A DNA stretch of 54,702 bases, the filler included, from Catajapyx aquilonaris (lineage: Eukaryota): the NCBI GenBank assembly GCA_000934665.2. It is 3 parts of 3 records of this genome, joined end to end, with 100 filler letters (N's around TTAATTAATTAA, not from the genome) between each part and the next. Parts side by side here need not be neighbours in the genome. Positions count along the whole stretch, not along the records: positions 1 to 18,210 come from JYFJ02006756.1; positions 18,311 to 36,458 come from JYFJ02006757.1; 1 more part is not named here. One strand, written 5' to 3'. Each line of letters starts with the position of its first letter. The stretch's first letter is position 1. Below the pieces are notes generated by a model. That model was not told where the DNA came from. It searched no databases and saw nothing but the letters and a program-made list of their open reading frames with translations. Of the stretch, positions 15,618-30,600 are shown piece by piece. The position numbers and the translations under genes are program-made.

Positions 15618-16429
15618 ACTAGTAGTCATAAGGATACTCCTTAAATACGTTTAAATAGGTCAATGAATTGCCCTTCTCAACCAGTATTCAGAGTTACCCC
15701 ACACCATTGTAGTTCAACGAAATTTTGTTTTAAATATTCCCCATATTTTTTCGGTTACATCACTTATTTTCTATTATAGTTAAAAAATACATTCTCTACA
15801 GCACTACTTTCTTTTGTTAGTTCTTAGTTCTTTCTTGGTTCTTTTCATGTTGGAGGATCAAAATGTGAACATCTGGGGGGTCGCGAATTTCACGAGACGA
15901 TTTTTTGGGGTCGGCAACGAAAAGATTGGAAGCACTGTTCTAGTCTATGCTATAAGTAATAATTGCATCCCCACTTAAACAATGGAATTTGGAGGGGGTT
16001 ACGATTGAAATGTCCGTTTGAGTTAACAACTTTTGGCCTAAAGCTTTGTGAATAGTTACTTTTAGTAGTTATCAAAAGTATTATTTGGTAGGCCTAATAC
16101 CGTACAGTATGTTGCGTGGGTCCATTTGTAAAACCTGCAAGATCTGGCCTGCAAAAGATGGGTTGCCACTGACGTTGGATACGATTATTGTACAGTACTA
16201 TATGCGCCATTACCTATCGAAATTCACAGCAATTCATAGCTTGGAGACTTGGACAGACTAAATTTAAAAAAGTTGCACAACTTGAGTTGAAGTTGAACAG
16301 AAGAACAAGTTGGAAAAATTAATTGTTGAACTGGCATACTGGTCTCAGCACCTCAGAGGTGCTACAGCCCCTAAAATTTGGTCTAATATTATATTAGCAT
16401 ATCATTATTTTGAAGATCATTAATAGTCT

Positions 16430-16798
16430 AATAACTACTCCAATGTATTATTGACTTAAATATAATCCTCTTGGAGAAAATTTTTCTCATTAAAACAGAC
16501 CTTTCAGTTGGAACACTCTGTATTGGATCATACATAATGAGATAAAAAACAAGGCCAAATAAAATAATCATGGCTCCCTCACACGTGCATGAGTTAATAA
16601 TTGTACGGTTACGTAATGGCAGCATCTCTACAATATGCAGTACTGAGTCGTGAGTCCACTGACCATCGTCAAATCAAAGTCCAGGTTGAGCCCACATGCT
16701 TCAGATCCAAGCTCATTTTATTTGTGTCCGACCTTGGGAGATAAGGTAATGTTTAATGATCTGAATATGAGACTTGCTTCATGCATGCAACCTGAACC
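16430..16798 (-). pseudogene. Decayed exon(s) of an unidentified protein, paralog of 13080-13453
   Basis: Acceptor cttctctcatag, then VQV..ASLIFRSL-PYLPRSDTNKMSLDLKHVGSTWTLI. Confidence 0.6.
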
Positions 16799-17997
16799 TA
16801 TGAGAGAAGGAGGCTAAAAGCACACGTATGAATCAAAAGTCCGTGAGAAATGTGAATTTTAGACCTCTCTTTGGCTCTTTGCCATTTTCATCATGTCAGT
16901 CCTGACAATCGCTGTGTGTTTTGACCACTTCCAGTAACCGATAAAAAAAATATCCAAAAAAGGACCCATTTTCAAAATATCACGATTTTTTTCCCTCTCC
17001 ACGGTATTTCGCATCTTAAACTTGCTATGCAGTGTTACGGTATAGCTGTGTACCGCTGTGATTATTTTCAGAAAAATTCGAGATGGTCTAGCATATTAAG
17101 GCCCACTTGATTGGGAAAAACATGCTATATTTGAGGATTTTGATTTTTTGACTTGCCCGAGGTCAAAAACAAATCAAAGACCAAATGAATGCCCATTAGG
17201 AGTTACTTGTGACCTAAGGAACACGAATATGACGATTAATTTCCATGCATAGTGTAATCATTTCTGTGAAGGAGGTGACCTTGCAAATCCCAACAGTCGC
17301 GATTTTCACGCTCATATCCTGCTCCTTCGGCAACCATTGGCCAATGTTTCTGGTCAAGGTCATTTTAAAGGTTGCTTCCTCGACATTTCTCCCCCCCCCC
17401 CCNCCCCCCCCCACACACACACATATTTTCTACTTATTTTGGCTCAAGGAATACGCTGACGGCCGTTGGCTGGACTAGTAACAACTTGAGTAACAAACAC
17501 CCTAATAATTATCATGCATCACAGTGTATTCTTAAAACAGGGGTCCCATGCTGTAAGAATATATTATTCACTGTTTCATGCACTGTTTCCAACCATTTGA
17601 AGAGCACAGCCTACTAAAAGAAAATCCCCTTTTGCAACATTATTCACAGCTCAGTTTCATAGGAAGAAGAAATAGGAGAGGCTTTGCCATTTTGTAGGTC
17701 AATTTTTTACAGTCAACGTCCATTGCTCCAATCAAGATAACCCTCTTGCTGGAAGATGTAGAACTGACAAGGGAACGGTCAGGGTCGGGAACCTCCGATT
17801 TGGTTGAAACTGGCGTGAGGGGTCATTCATGTGCGATAGACACAGTGGTGAAAGTGTTAGCTCGCAACGTCCAGCCGTTTCCGAGATATGAGCGACAGTA
17901 ACATCCGAATTTTGGCCACGCGCATTTGCCGGGAGCCGCTCTGCCAGCTCCAAATCCCTTCTACCTTGATTCCCCCCACTTTTTTCGATCCCACACC

Positions 17998-18210
17998 ACC
18001 ATCCCCCACTCCCCCACCAACATTTTCGTTTTCCATAGTTTCTTTGCTCCGGTATTTATTATGAGTTTTCCTCATTACCCAATTTTAGGTATAGAAGCTC
18101 TTTATTCGCAGTTACAGAAGCGAAAGAAAGCAGCTTGATGGTCTCATAATAAATACCGGAGGAAAGAAACTATGGAAAACGAAAATGTTGGTGGGGGAGT
18201 GGGGGATGGT
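17998..18210. repeat. Long inverted repeat (foldback/MITE) truncated at the contig end
   Basis: ACCATCCCCCACTCCCCCACCAACATTTTCG...TTATGAG mirrored by 18143-18210 (~68-bp arms). Confidence 0.85.
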
Positions 18211-18310
18211 NNNNNNNNNNNNNNNNNNNNNNNNNNNNNNNNNNNNNNNNNNNNTTAATTAATTAANNNNNNNNNNNNNNNNNNNNNNNNNNNNNNNNNN
18301 NNNNNNNNNN
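18211..18310. other. Artificial contig spacer
   Basis: 44 N + TTAATTAATTAA (stops in all six frames) + 44 N = 100 bp. Confidence 0.97.
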
Positions 18311-21300
18311 TAGGGGGGGGGGGGGGGGGAACCACACATACGCAAAGTACTTTATCCTGCACTCTCCGGTAATGACACACGTAACCTTCGTCAACGAGGC
18401 CGCCCCACCCCATGCACAAGGTCAAGGTCGCCCCCGTGTGTAAACACAACGTGAAATTCAACAGTTATGCCATACCGAATCCGATTCCTAGGAAAGATCA
18501 AGCTCCTTGTTTTTTCCAGATTAATAGGTAATTTCCATCTGCAATGGGGGTATATCGCGAGAGGCAGGGTGGGGCGGATATACACACGGACGTTCACAAT
18601 AGCCAAGGTCGCAGTTTCAAAGCCGATGAGAGATGACTACCCGACAGCTTCATGTGTCCCCAAAATGCGAGTTTGCTATGGCGTGACACACTTAATCGTT
18701 AGGGAGCTTGGCCTATTACCCAAAAGGAAATGTCCATAAGCCGATGGTATAAATGTCACCACCTTGTCAAACAATGCCACGCTGTATTTCCCGGTCCAAA
18801 AGACTACAATAGACGTAAGGCGTTATCACAATAATTTATGGCGCCCTGTTGCAGGTTTGAATGTGACCCCCCCTCTTGGTATTGGGGCGCAGCCTGTTCA
18901 TTCAAAACAAGATACATCGACATACGCATGCAAATTAAATCCTGTAGGCTCCTCCCCGCGTACTATGATGAGTAACTTTTCGCGCCCCCCCGGCCTTTCC
19001 GTTTACACAACTCCTTCCAATTTTATTGCACCCCACGACAGACATATGCGCATAACTTCACGTCGTAAACCGGTCACCGAAAAACACCGGACACTTGATG
19101 ACCCGCAAAAAAACAAGTGGTTATAAAAATTGCAAGGTCATCTGAATGTTTTAGAATGCTACCGGAGCGGAACAAAATATTTTGAGATGATGACTTCTTT
19201 CTTTTTTTTTCTTTCCCCCCCCCCCNNNCCCCCCCCCCCCCCCCCCACACACAGTGTGAAGACATGTTGGTTGTCAGATGTGTGACCTTCACTTTCGCAA
19301 TTATCTTCTGCATGCAACAGGCAACAAAAAAAAAACACACAATTTTTTTTCGGTGGGCCGCTCATGCGGGCTGGCAAAATGGTCACGGGCGGTAGCTCGT
19401 GCAAAATGTTGCCTTGTGGCACCCGGTGACGTCACTAGGCTTGATTTCGCTTTATGCCTACAATGCATGTATGTTCAAGAATAGACAACAGGGGCTACCC
19501 ATTCTTAAAGCCTGTATGCGTCCACGTGCGCATTTTTTAAACATACGATATCGACCATTCTCCGTGCAAAAATAAGCGGTCAACCCAATAGCAATAGCCT
19601 GTCCAAGTCTAATTTTTGAACAAGTGTGATTAAAAATCCGTGGGAAAAACATTTTCCCTCCGTGTTTAGGAACCACCTGCACACCAATCAGCTCAATACA
19701 TTTTCTTTATGACATCGGCTATCAAAAAAGGTGGTTGCTGATATGGTGACTGTTGGCCGGATCCATCAACTTTAGGCTCCCCAATTCCAACTGCGCAAAA
19801 GGCGGTATCGATCGTCGGGGCTAGAATTGAACCGGCGAGCAGACTTGGGCTAAAGGGGACTACAAAAGTGGGAGGATGGAGGGGTACAGGAGGGGGGAGG
19901 TGGGCTACCTACACACCCCGTCTATATGTAATCCTCCAACCCATCGATTTGCCCTTGAAAACAGCTTCCATCTCACATGCGCTTAGGAAACCTCGATCCG
20001 CACATGTTCTGAAGGTAATATGAAGCATATCTAACAAACAAAAGTCACTTCTAGTGGTGAATTATGCAAGGCGATGAAAGCTGATATCGCAGTGAATTTC
20101 TGGGCCCTTTTTTCCTTGTATACAAGATGTCCAACAAAAGACGCCTACGTCCACCTCCCGATACGTAATACCATTTATTTTCGATTCGAGCAGCTCCCAT
20201 CAAACGGAGTCTGCAATGCGTGTGACGTAATTAACAACCCACACAAATGCCCGGATTTGCGTCGAAAGTATCCATCCAAATTCCAAGCCCGTTTACGACT
20301 TCTCCAAACGTAAGCTACGTACTGTACAGATTGACACTGGCAAGGCCAAACCATGACCTTCACCACAGCTAGTCGTTAAAAAAAAACACACACAGAAATT
20401 TCCAGAATTGCCATATTTCTGTAATAATCTGCATGACCTCATCGCAATCGTGTATAATAAAGATTGATACTGCCATGTCGCATGAGCCGGATGCCCTTCT
20501 TTATGTTGTCAGGCTTGAGAAAGGTGAGGGTTGAGTGAAAAGGCCTGCTATTGCCCTTGAGGCTCATCCTCCACGGTTTCTATCACCTTCCACGTACTCT
20601 TCTGCGGTACTCGGCACCAAAAAACTCAAGGCTGGACCATATCCGACAAAATAATCCCACCTAGGTCCCACGTCCCCAAAGTCGTTACACCAGTCTTAAT
20701 TTGCTACCACCTGTACAGTACTCCATCCCCATCCCTCCTTTAAAAAACAGACAGGCCACATTCAGAATAAACAGTAGTCAACATGTTTGCGCATTTCAGA
20801 TAGAGTGCTTGGATTCATTTGGCCTAAGTATATAGGGACTGGAAGGCTAGTGAGGTTACACCGGGGGCATGTAATACCCTAGCGAGGCCATTCACCGCAC
20901 TCACAATTCGCAATACCTGCACAAGTGGGTGGAGCCTGGCCACCATTGGTGTTTTCCCTGTCCCCCTCTTCATCAACACCACCTACCCAAACCCCCCTCT
21001 TTCAATTTAATATCCTCGAGATCTATCTGCGCCACGTGAGCATTCCGCTCGGATATTCCGAACGTGCCCTTGCAGCAAGTTCAAGGCATGTGTTGCCTTG
21101 GAAATAACAAATGTACTGGCTCACGCGGGCTAACGACTACAAAAAAAAAAGAGCAAATAAATAGACGCTGATACCAGCACTAACACGTGACCCTGACAAG
21201 GTTCGATAGCATCTAGTCATCCGTACCAATCCACTTTGAACTTCTCTCGCAGCATTATTACGCAGGGTATGAAAGGTTGTTATACCACCTGACTGATCCT

Positions 21301-23552
21301 CGACATCGACCAACCTACGCGAATTTTTCGGAGGCTTCGTACACGTGTCCATACCATTTGTGCCTGGACGCAAACCCTCCTTTTATGTCCTCGTTATGCC
21401 TTTGTAATCAGGCCCCTACGGCTGCTGATGGCAGTTGTATACCGCCAGTTCAAGATCAGGTCAAAAACTCAAAGTCCATCCTACCTCTCCTTGTTTTTTT
21501 CGCGAGACATGTTTTCATGAGTCATTGTTTCACTGTTATCATTGCATGCAATGGTCTAGCCGTTTACACTGTATAAGATACCGCCTCCAGCTATGTCAAC
21601 ACGTTCGTCGACCACTATAGACTGTTCTGTCGCAAAGGTCGCGACAGGCGAAGACAATGTACTTTAAAAGTATACGGTACACCAATATTCAAGAAACTGC
21701 TGTAACATTTACGTAACAGCCTCAGTTGGAAGAAAATATAGCCTCGCGGATGTTCCACGTATTTTGAGAGCAAGGCGAGTTCACACGAACTGCTTACTTT
21801 AGTAGCAGGTTACAAGTCACGCTATAAAATGTTTGTCGTTACATTACCACCCGCAATGTTGGCCCGGCCATAAACATTCTCCTTCACGGTGTCATTTAAC
21901 AATAACATTTGCCAACCTGAATTTCCGCACACTACAATAGTGCCCACAAGCCCATTTCCAACCCTGTCGTACATGACGTATGCAATATCGATGACCTTGA
22001 CGTAAGAGGAAACTCACATAACTAATCTTTCCATGTAAACCTCCCCCACCCACTCTACCCCCCCCCNCCCCCCACAGCAAACCTGACAACTACCCCCCAT
22101 CGCAATATAACCCCCCTACTTCTTGCAATATAACCCCGGCCTAGAATGTGTTCCTTACATTTATGAGCAATTCAACGAAAATGTCAACATGACAGCGTTG
22201 GGAAAAAAATTTTCTCTGCACGTTCAAAGGGCATAGTCCACATTTAATTATTGTAGTACACAAGACACTCTCGTTTCGTACATGCGTGAAGGTGGAGACA
22301 ACGTACATATGTGACTCATCTTGCATATGGGTGCACAAGCTCCCTGAGGAAGCACATAATGAAACGGCCGTATTTAGTAAGGTGTTGTTACGCCCATGTC
22401 GGTCCGTAACGCAGGAACATTTGTCCATTGTTGGCGAACTATGGCTGCAATTACTCTACGAAAAATTCATTATACGAACACACCGTTCTTGCAATGGACC
22501 GTGTGGAAGAAAATGCCATAACCTTACATAATTTGCAGGCATTTCATATACGTTAACCCCCCTCGTATTAGGGTGTTCAAATCAGGTAACGTCAGTAACG
22601 AGCACAATAACGCGACTATTCTTCTCGTGTGTATATGTAGGAGGTCGGTTCATGGTGATGGTGTATATATAAAAGTACACATCCTTATTGTTCCTTTGGC
22701 CATACCCATTTCATCATCACTCGCATGCACACCATCGTGGAAGCAGCCATCTTTCCCTCTTTGCGCTTGTGATTATAACGTCCGTAACGCTGGAATTGCT
22801 CTTATGCATCTCCCAAGTACCGCCTACAAATCCCGCAAGTCGAGCGAAAACCTCGGCCCAGAAAGGCGGCAAAAGCCCGCGGAATTCCTTGTGCAGCCGG
22901 ATTTATTTTGGCGTCTTTTGATCCAGTCAAAAGGAAAAGTCGACATTCTTGCGGTTAACCCCGTTTTCATGGCATGTAGCATGTGGGCTCCTTTCTCAAA
23001 GTTGCCGGAAATTAAAACCCCGCGTCTTTCCCTGTCCTTCGCAACACTGGGCACCCTCCCCCCTCCCCCCACCATAACAATGGCTTCCCAGAATCCATTC
23101 AAATTATTATTGGGAGGTGGGGGCAAAGTGACAAAAATAGGCCGCAACCACATCCCACATGTGCATCAAAATTCGTCCATGCTGATTCACACTCTCAAAA
23201 AATAAAAAACTGAATTGGGTATGCAAATTCCTGGAGGTACAGGGGGTACAATATTTTTACATGGACATGCCCCCTGCGTGAAATGCATTGTTCAGAATTC
23301 CCAGCGCAGCCCTCGGTCAAGGTCGCGTTTATGTATCTGGAGTGACGTAGGCCATTTCAGCATCGTTGTCTCGCTAATAAACGCTGTTGTGACGTTACTG
23401 CTCATAATGGAGCGTATTTATCGCCTGCAAATAAGGTGTGCTGTGCAGTGACTATTGGATAAGAGGGCCTTAATAAATATACCGTGTGTTTTTACGGAAC
23501 ATTACGCAAAGCCAAAGGCAATGAAGTATTTCACCTGAGCTGAACCACCCCC

Positions 23553-23601
23553 ACGTCACGGTCCGTCACGCTGACGTCAACCCCCCAACCAGCGTGACGT
23601 A
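23553..23601. promoter_or_regulatory. Cluster of CRE/ATF-like sites
   Basis: ACGTCAC, CGTCAC, TGACGTCA (23572-23579) and GTGACGTA within 50 bp. Confidence 0.4.
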
Positions 23602-25106
23602 CTTTACAACCCCCCCCCCCAAAAAAAAAAAAAAAAACAAAATCAGCATATGCATCCACTAATCTGGCATAATATTCGCATTATTGAGATGACCCTCTCG
23701 CCGCAATATATACAGTACATAACCCTACATCGGTACCAATTTTGATATGCAGCTGTTGCGCCATATGGTAGTCGCAAACATGTTTTTGTCCCCCTTCATA
23801 AATGGTCGCTATGACACTCGCCGGAATCGCCAATACATTCACTGCCAAGAGTGACGTCCCGGCATAATCCGGGGCCACATCCATATTTGGCCCNCGCCAT
23901 GACATTTCACGTCCCCACCTCCATGAACCCACCATCGGACTGCCAATATCCTCCCCCCAAAAAACATGGCGCTTCTGGAATCTACATCGTCCCACCACGT
24001 CACATCCGCCCACATTCTGTACAGTAACAGTGTACATGCCTTATTCCGTGTCCGAATGACTTTCTCTGGAAATCTGTGCAAAGTACACAATACGGTAAAA
24101 TGGAAGGTTCCCCCATTGCCTCCCCCTCTCCCACCTTCACCACGATTCCAGTGCCTCCCCCCACCCCCGCCTTGGAAAACTGCGCAGTAGAGCAAGGCAA
24201 AACAATCAATACAAGTGCGGTTCCGAGTGCTGTAATGTTGCTGACGTCGTCTCTCAGATTCCACCATTCATGCCCAGATATATATGCCTCACAATTCATA
24301 TTTTTGAAACGTAAAGGCAGGCCTGGTTTCATCTCCCCCTACCACCCCCCCCCCCCTACCCACTTTCCTCCCAACCCGTCAACCGTGGGTTACCCAATGC
24401 ACCAGTCCGCACCAGTCCGTACCATTCCTCCCCAGTCCTGTGCGAACTCTTTTCACCACCAGCAACTCGACGTGACACGTGACGCAACGCTTCGCTTGCT
24501 CTCTCTAAATTGGCGATAGTTAAACATTCTCCAAACGTCGGCATGAACAGTTTAAGAAATTCAAAGGGTCCTTATCTCTCAAAACTTCTGCGTCATATTA
24601 CACACTTACGTGCATGTCGCTATGTGACACTAAGGACCGTTTGTTTCAACTTAAATTATGCCGGAATTCTCTAACAGTATCGGAATATCTATACAAAGCA
24701 GGATATTTACGCAACCGGTCATATAAAAGCATATTTAGAAAAATCTCTAATTACGAATATAATATGATAATTGGAGATTTCCTGCGCAATTTGTGTTTAC
24801 AACAGAGCCTGAATGCATACATTTTATCCACCAAATTGCGTAACACCGAATTATAAGCGGATAAAAAGCATCGAATTGCGAGAAACCGACGCTATCTTAA
24901 TAAAATGGCTACTCAAATGTCTATTTTGGAAAGCATCCTGAAAACCGCAAATCAGCGGTACACTGCAGGGCACATATTGCGCTTCGGCTCTGAATAGAGG
25001 GAAAGTTAAAATATACCGACGCAATTAGCTAGGAACTAAACAACCCGCATGAATAGCATCCAATTAGGACAGGAAAATAATCGTGACGTTTCAGTTAGTT
25101 GCTCCA

Positions 25107-25223
25107 TATAAGACCGCAATCACACATTTTTTTCAGCAGTTTCCGCCATTACGTACATTTGTCCTATAATGAACGGGCAAGTCATCGTCGACATCAATTC
25201 CGACACAATTTTCCTAGGTAAGT
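25107..25223 (+). promoter_or_regulatory. Candidate TATA/Inr core promoter and first exon (ATG 25169, MNGQVIVDINSDTIFL, donor GTAAGT at 25218)
   Basis: TATAAG at 25107, Inr-like GCAGTT with its A 31 nt downstream, and a consensus 5' splice site. Confidence 0.4.
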
Positions 25224-27526
25224 GAAGACTCACAAAGTGTTGACTGTCTGTGGTTGACATTTTTCCACGCGACATCAGAATAGCTTGTAGGCTACTAACA
25301 GTGTATACGGTCCAATATTCTGATTTTCCGAAAGTTTGTCCAAGTTGCTAAAATGAGATTTTCCTATATGGGTTCCATTAGTGAAGCCTTTTTAAAAAAA
25401 TTGTGTCTTCGTATAAGATATTGGAACTCCGCCTTCCGCATCTAGAGGAAACCCATATTTAACAAATGGACTTACCATTCCCATTTAGGATATAATTCAA
25501 CCAGACCAGTAGACCCAGACATTAAGTCGTGTTGACCATATTATGTGTGGGCCGAGTTGCTACCTCGAAACTCTACAAGGCCGTAAAGAACTGTCACGTC
25601 AATTTTAGTCTTTCTATCTCCCTCGTCACGATTTTCATTGTCTTTTCATTGTCTTGAGCTCAATTCATGGCCAATTATCTCCGTGCCTTTTCACCTTTCG
25701 CAATTCAATGCCGGAACGCCTTATCTAGCTTATGTCATACCCTACAACTTTTGCAGGAAAGAGTTTTCTTCTCGGGTTGACGTTTGCCATGACACTCGCC
25801 AAAAGCAGATAATTTAGCAAACTATATAATGATCGATTTTCGGAAATGCTGCTCAAGCTATAAAATTGCAGGTAACTTGTGACTCAATTTCCTTCCTCCA
25901 CCAGGAATGTATACTCTTTCAGCCTTTTAAGTCAGCTCTCCCACCAACCGTATTATCCTCCTGCCACCCTATACGGAAGCCAGCACGTGATAACATGGCG
26001 AAAAGAGGCTCGCAAAAATGCGGTGTTGTCATTTCTTGCATAAGTTAATTTAAAAGTACTTTGTGTCAAATTAATGACAGCTCAGTGTCCTTACGCTTAT
26101 CTTCTCCACATTTGGGTTTCCACAGGGGGTGGCATGAAGATAAGGCGGTGGGAGAGAACTGACCATTTAAATTCTCTGTGCAATAATACAGCATATACGG
26201 TATACTTTCACATTACATGTAACAGGATATGCCAATAGCAGACTATATCAGTGATAGTACAACTATCCCTACGGGAGTATACGCATTTCCACTATTTATT
26301 CACTGTTCTGCAGCCTGTAATAAATGGTTTGTTTACCCATCCCCTACACGCAATGGGCAACAAAACAAAAGTTCAGCTCTTTTCTACCATTCATGTAGCA
26401 CCACGACATTCTTTTTAAAGCCAACTCTTGCAAGTCTGGTGCTGGCATTAAGCCATTAAGGAGAGCCGGAGGTAAATCCCGCTATTTTTGCCAGCAACTT
26501 AAGTTGTTGCCGCAAATATTTATATACGCTACTTATCCGGACGCTCTTAAATTTGCTTAGGCGGTGAAGCCGTTTAATCCCTCTGCTCTTTAAATTGGGA
26601 GTTGACAAGATGGCGTTCCCAGGCTAAACTGCTGCGTTGAAATGATGGCTTTGTTTACAATCATGACGGAGTCGCCATTACCCAGCATATTTGCAACCTT
26701 TAGCAATGCGGTCTAACTGTTGCGTTACACAGCCTGTGGTGGTGGTGGCACCTTCCCATCGCCAATAATTACAGGCCAGCCCCGTTTATGATGCAGCTGC
26801 CAAATATTTCCCAAGTAAAATAATAGCGCTGCGTACACATACCGGGTATTCCAACAGAGACCACACAAAAGTTACCGTACTTGTATAAAAATATGCAATA
26901 AAAGCACTCGTATCAACGTAAACCTATATGCTCTCACTATAGGAGTAAATATTGAGAGCTTCACTTTCTGGCAGGTTGCTGAAAATTCGGCCGAAACTTT
27001 CATTTTTATCTATCCACTAAACAGGTCCCGTCACAAGGGGCTAATGCTAAACAAAAAGGGGACAACCTTCATATTCAACGTGTTCCTGTGTAACAAAATT
27101 AGAATAGTTTTCAGAGCGTAATTTCTAGCTTATACGTTGTTGTATAGCATTGTTAACATTGGGTACTTTAAATCTTCAAATTAATATTATTAAAAAAATA
27201 CTCTTCGGAACACCTATTTTTTATAAATTTGGCAACACCTGAGAACGTTATGGCTGCTGAACATATGGTTCACGTGTGCCTGCTGTGCAACGTAGGTTAT
27301 GAGTCCACTTATTGGAAAGTGTTTTTCTAATTAAGCTTCATTCTTTTCTTTCATTCATCTAACATAAATTATATAAAAAAGTATAATTGCAAAACTACAA
27401 ATTCCATACAAAAATTGGGCAATCCCGAAAAGTTTGGGATATCGGTCTAATTTCAAGTACCGGTATGTGTTCTGAGGGCATGAAATTGTTGCACTTGTTG
27501 TTTTCTTGCAGGTGGATTGAGACTGA

Positions 27527-27653
27527 TGTCCGATTGCACCAACGAAATTACCGATTCGATAGCTCCTAACAGATCGTTAGCACATGTTAAAAGGCCTCCT
27601 AACGATCCATCAGAATCTTTCGGATCGGTAATTTAGGTTGGTGCAATCTGGCA
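27527..27653. mobile_element. Harbinger-like MITE
   Basis: TIRs GATTGCACCAAC/GTTGGTGCAATC, internal AATTACCGAT/ATCGGTAATT; 3-bp TGA/TAA flanks. Confidence 0.7.
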
Positions 27654-30600
27654 TAAGAACCTTTTTCTGTTATAGACGCATAGCCACACACCGTACGGTC
27701 AGGAATTAAGTAAAGAAGGAAGGCTGATAGTCCACTCTAAGCAGTACAATACAGAGGAACTTGAGAAAGCCATTAGAGGGTCATCAAAAGAAAACGCATC
27801 AGTTACATGGATGCTGCCTAAAAATACAAATCATGGAAAGGGATAATCTATACTCACATGTCTATCAGGATTACCACTCTTGTAATGTAAAATGAGCATT
27901 ATTATTTTATGTCTTTAAAAAACATCAGCATGTAATGTGCTAATGCCAATTAACTATAATCAATTGCCATGATTGACGGTACTTGAGGAACCTCGCCCAA
28001 GTAATAAAAATGAACAATTTGAGGTCAGAGGGTGGAGGTCAAGCCCATGGAGGAAGGTTTGCCCCTCGTTGGAATATCCGAGAATTCGGACCATTTTGGC
28101 GGTGGATGACTCAACACCAAGCATCTCTTGCAACACTCTGTACCAGTTCCTCGAAAGTGCTGCCATCAAAACTTTCTTATTTTAAACTACTTCTTTACAT
28201 CCCCCTCCCACTCCACTACAAGCATATCCTCTATTTACCATGTTATACACACTATACGTTCCCCGAAAGGGCCATAAACAATCCGGTGACGGCAGGAAGC
28301 CGCAGGAAAGCATCACATTCCGTAGGAATAGATGGCAGTCATACCGTTCTCAAGGGCGATGTGGCAACGTCACCCCCAACAACATACTGTACGTTACATT
28401 GTGTACGCTGGCGCAATGCTAAAGCCTACGATATTCCCAACCTCCACCAGCTTTTCAATGACAAGGCTGACGTTACCTTGGCGATGAGGTTGAAATGAGG
28501 TGCACCCCGCCTCCCACCCGGAACTCTTGAGGGATGCGATTTTCATTTTTCACACAAGAGTCTGTGGTTATGTCATGAGAGTTTTGTAAAAAAAAAATAA
28601 TCTTCCTCTACTGTGCAGGGGCGTGTCATTCCTTTAGGAAACCGGGATACACAAGGATATGTACGCCGCCCGCAGCTATACCTGCACTGATGCATATATT
28701 TTAAAACAACAGAAGCAACATATGCAAATATTTCCCTCCCTTTAATCCGTGTAATGAAGCAGATATGTCAAACCAGAATGTACAAAGGGCGGCACTATTG
28801 CATCACGGACGCAGTTGCAAGAACGTTACATCCAATCCTGTCGTTTGGATGCATACCATGACTCATGCAATTGGCACTGGGATGTAATTTTACTCTCTTT
28901 ACGTAACTTCAGCCCACATTGCTCAGAACTGCCATTTAATGAGATATTGCGAATACAGCTTCCTTGCAAGTCTCAATGTTTTCCCAAACCTGACCAGGTA
29001 AGTCATGTGGTTGGACACCTTTGAACAAAACTTCGGGGGAGCAAAATGGATTTCATCCCCAACATCTGGCCGTCATCATGGCCGCCTATAAATATGGTAG
29101 GTGCAAAAGGAAGCGGAAGTGACGTAAGCTTACCTAGCCACGTTCTGGTCGCACATGACAACGGTCGATATCCACTTCATCCTGTCACACACCGACGTTT
29201 TTCGCCCAAGTCTGTCTCCCACCCCCCTCCCCCCCTGACAGCAAATAAAAAAAAAATGAAAACAAGCACAAAATCAAGCCCCTATAAAGCAGGATGACGG
29301 ACCACCAGCTCACAGGTCTTGGGCCGGAATGAGCGAAAGAGATACGACGTATGTACTTGAAACTTCGTCATCACACCTGGCACAAGGCCAACCTTCTTGC
29401 GTAAAGGAAAAGGGGGAGGGTCTTAACATGAGTGTAGCTTCCCCCCCCCCCCTCCCCCTCCGTACTCATCCCTCTTCCCCGCACTACCAACTTCGCAAAT
29501 AAGGTGAGGGTGGGGGCAGAGGGAGCCTTTCCTCATTTCCATAATTATATTCACTTCCACATTGTAATTGCATGCATGCGTTCTCTTAAGTACAATCGTT
29601 CACGCAGTACTTCCTATTTCGAAGTAATTCTGCAAAGTCCTTCAAAGGGTCCCGTTCCTTTCCAGGTATATTTTGGCCATCAGTCAATATTTATGCTGCT
29701 ATAACTTTGGGCCCAATATGTGTGCTTTCCATGCAAAGGACACGCACTCAAATGCAGTGGGCTGCTATCTCACATGATATGCAAGGAGAGGAGGGGGGGG
29801 GGGGNNNNGGGGGAAAGAAGCAATTCGATAGCTCTTCCTGCTACGATGCACAAGGAACTGCCTCAGTACTACGTCGTAAATATATCAAAACTTGGGCCTT
29901 GATGTACAGTATGATGTGACATTTTATTTCCACCTTAAACGTAATTAACCTTTGACATCCGAGCATAGCGTCACTAGATACGAAATAGACTTCGGCAATA
30001 AAACTGATACTGTTTCAAAAATAATCGCTATCAATTTCCATCCTAATTACCGTACAAGTGAATGCAGAATTGTTATTCCAGCTTTATCTCTATAGGTTAG
30101 GATTTCCAGTTCACTATACAGGGCATAAATCAACAAGTTGCAAGCTCCATTTCTACGAGGTAACATTCGACGACGTTCACACGCCCCCAGTCTAAGCTGC
30201 TCGGCGATTCCAAGCCAATGAGTCCCTTTAATGCCAAAAGAAAAGCAAACATCGGATATTTCCCTCAAAAGCCAAGTTCTGCAGAAGTCCAACATTGCAT
30301 ATCTTCAATATCATCTCATCCGGCATAAGTTACTTTCACATCATCTAGGTGTAATACCAGTGTATCATATCTAATCGGTATAGGCGACGCGACGGTCCTA
30401 CAGGCTTATAATGCAATATAACTAAAATAAATGTTCGAGCCAAGGTGCCACCGACGGAGAATGCCCGAATTGCATTTTGTTACTCATCTAGTTGTGATGA
30501 AACCTGTTGGCCGAGGATATGAAGGACGTGCCAACGATGCAGATCATTCATTTCGGAATAGCCCCTGGGCCAGTGTGTATAAGCTGTTTCACAGAAAAGA

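Noticed and set aside
18255..18266. TTAATTAATTAA as a biological palindrome or piggyBac site
   Set aside because: It sits centred in N runs, identically twice; an assembly linker.
22573..23205. 210-aa ORF
   Set aside because: No motif, GTG start and no coding-like bias; probably a chance ORF in stop-poor sequence.
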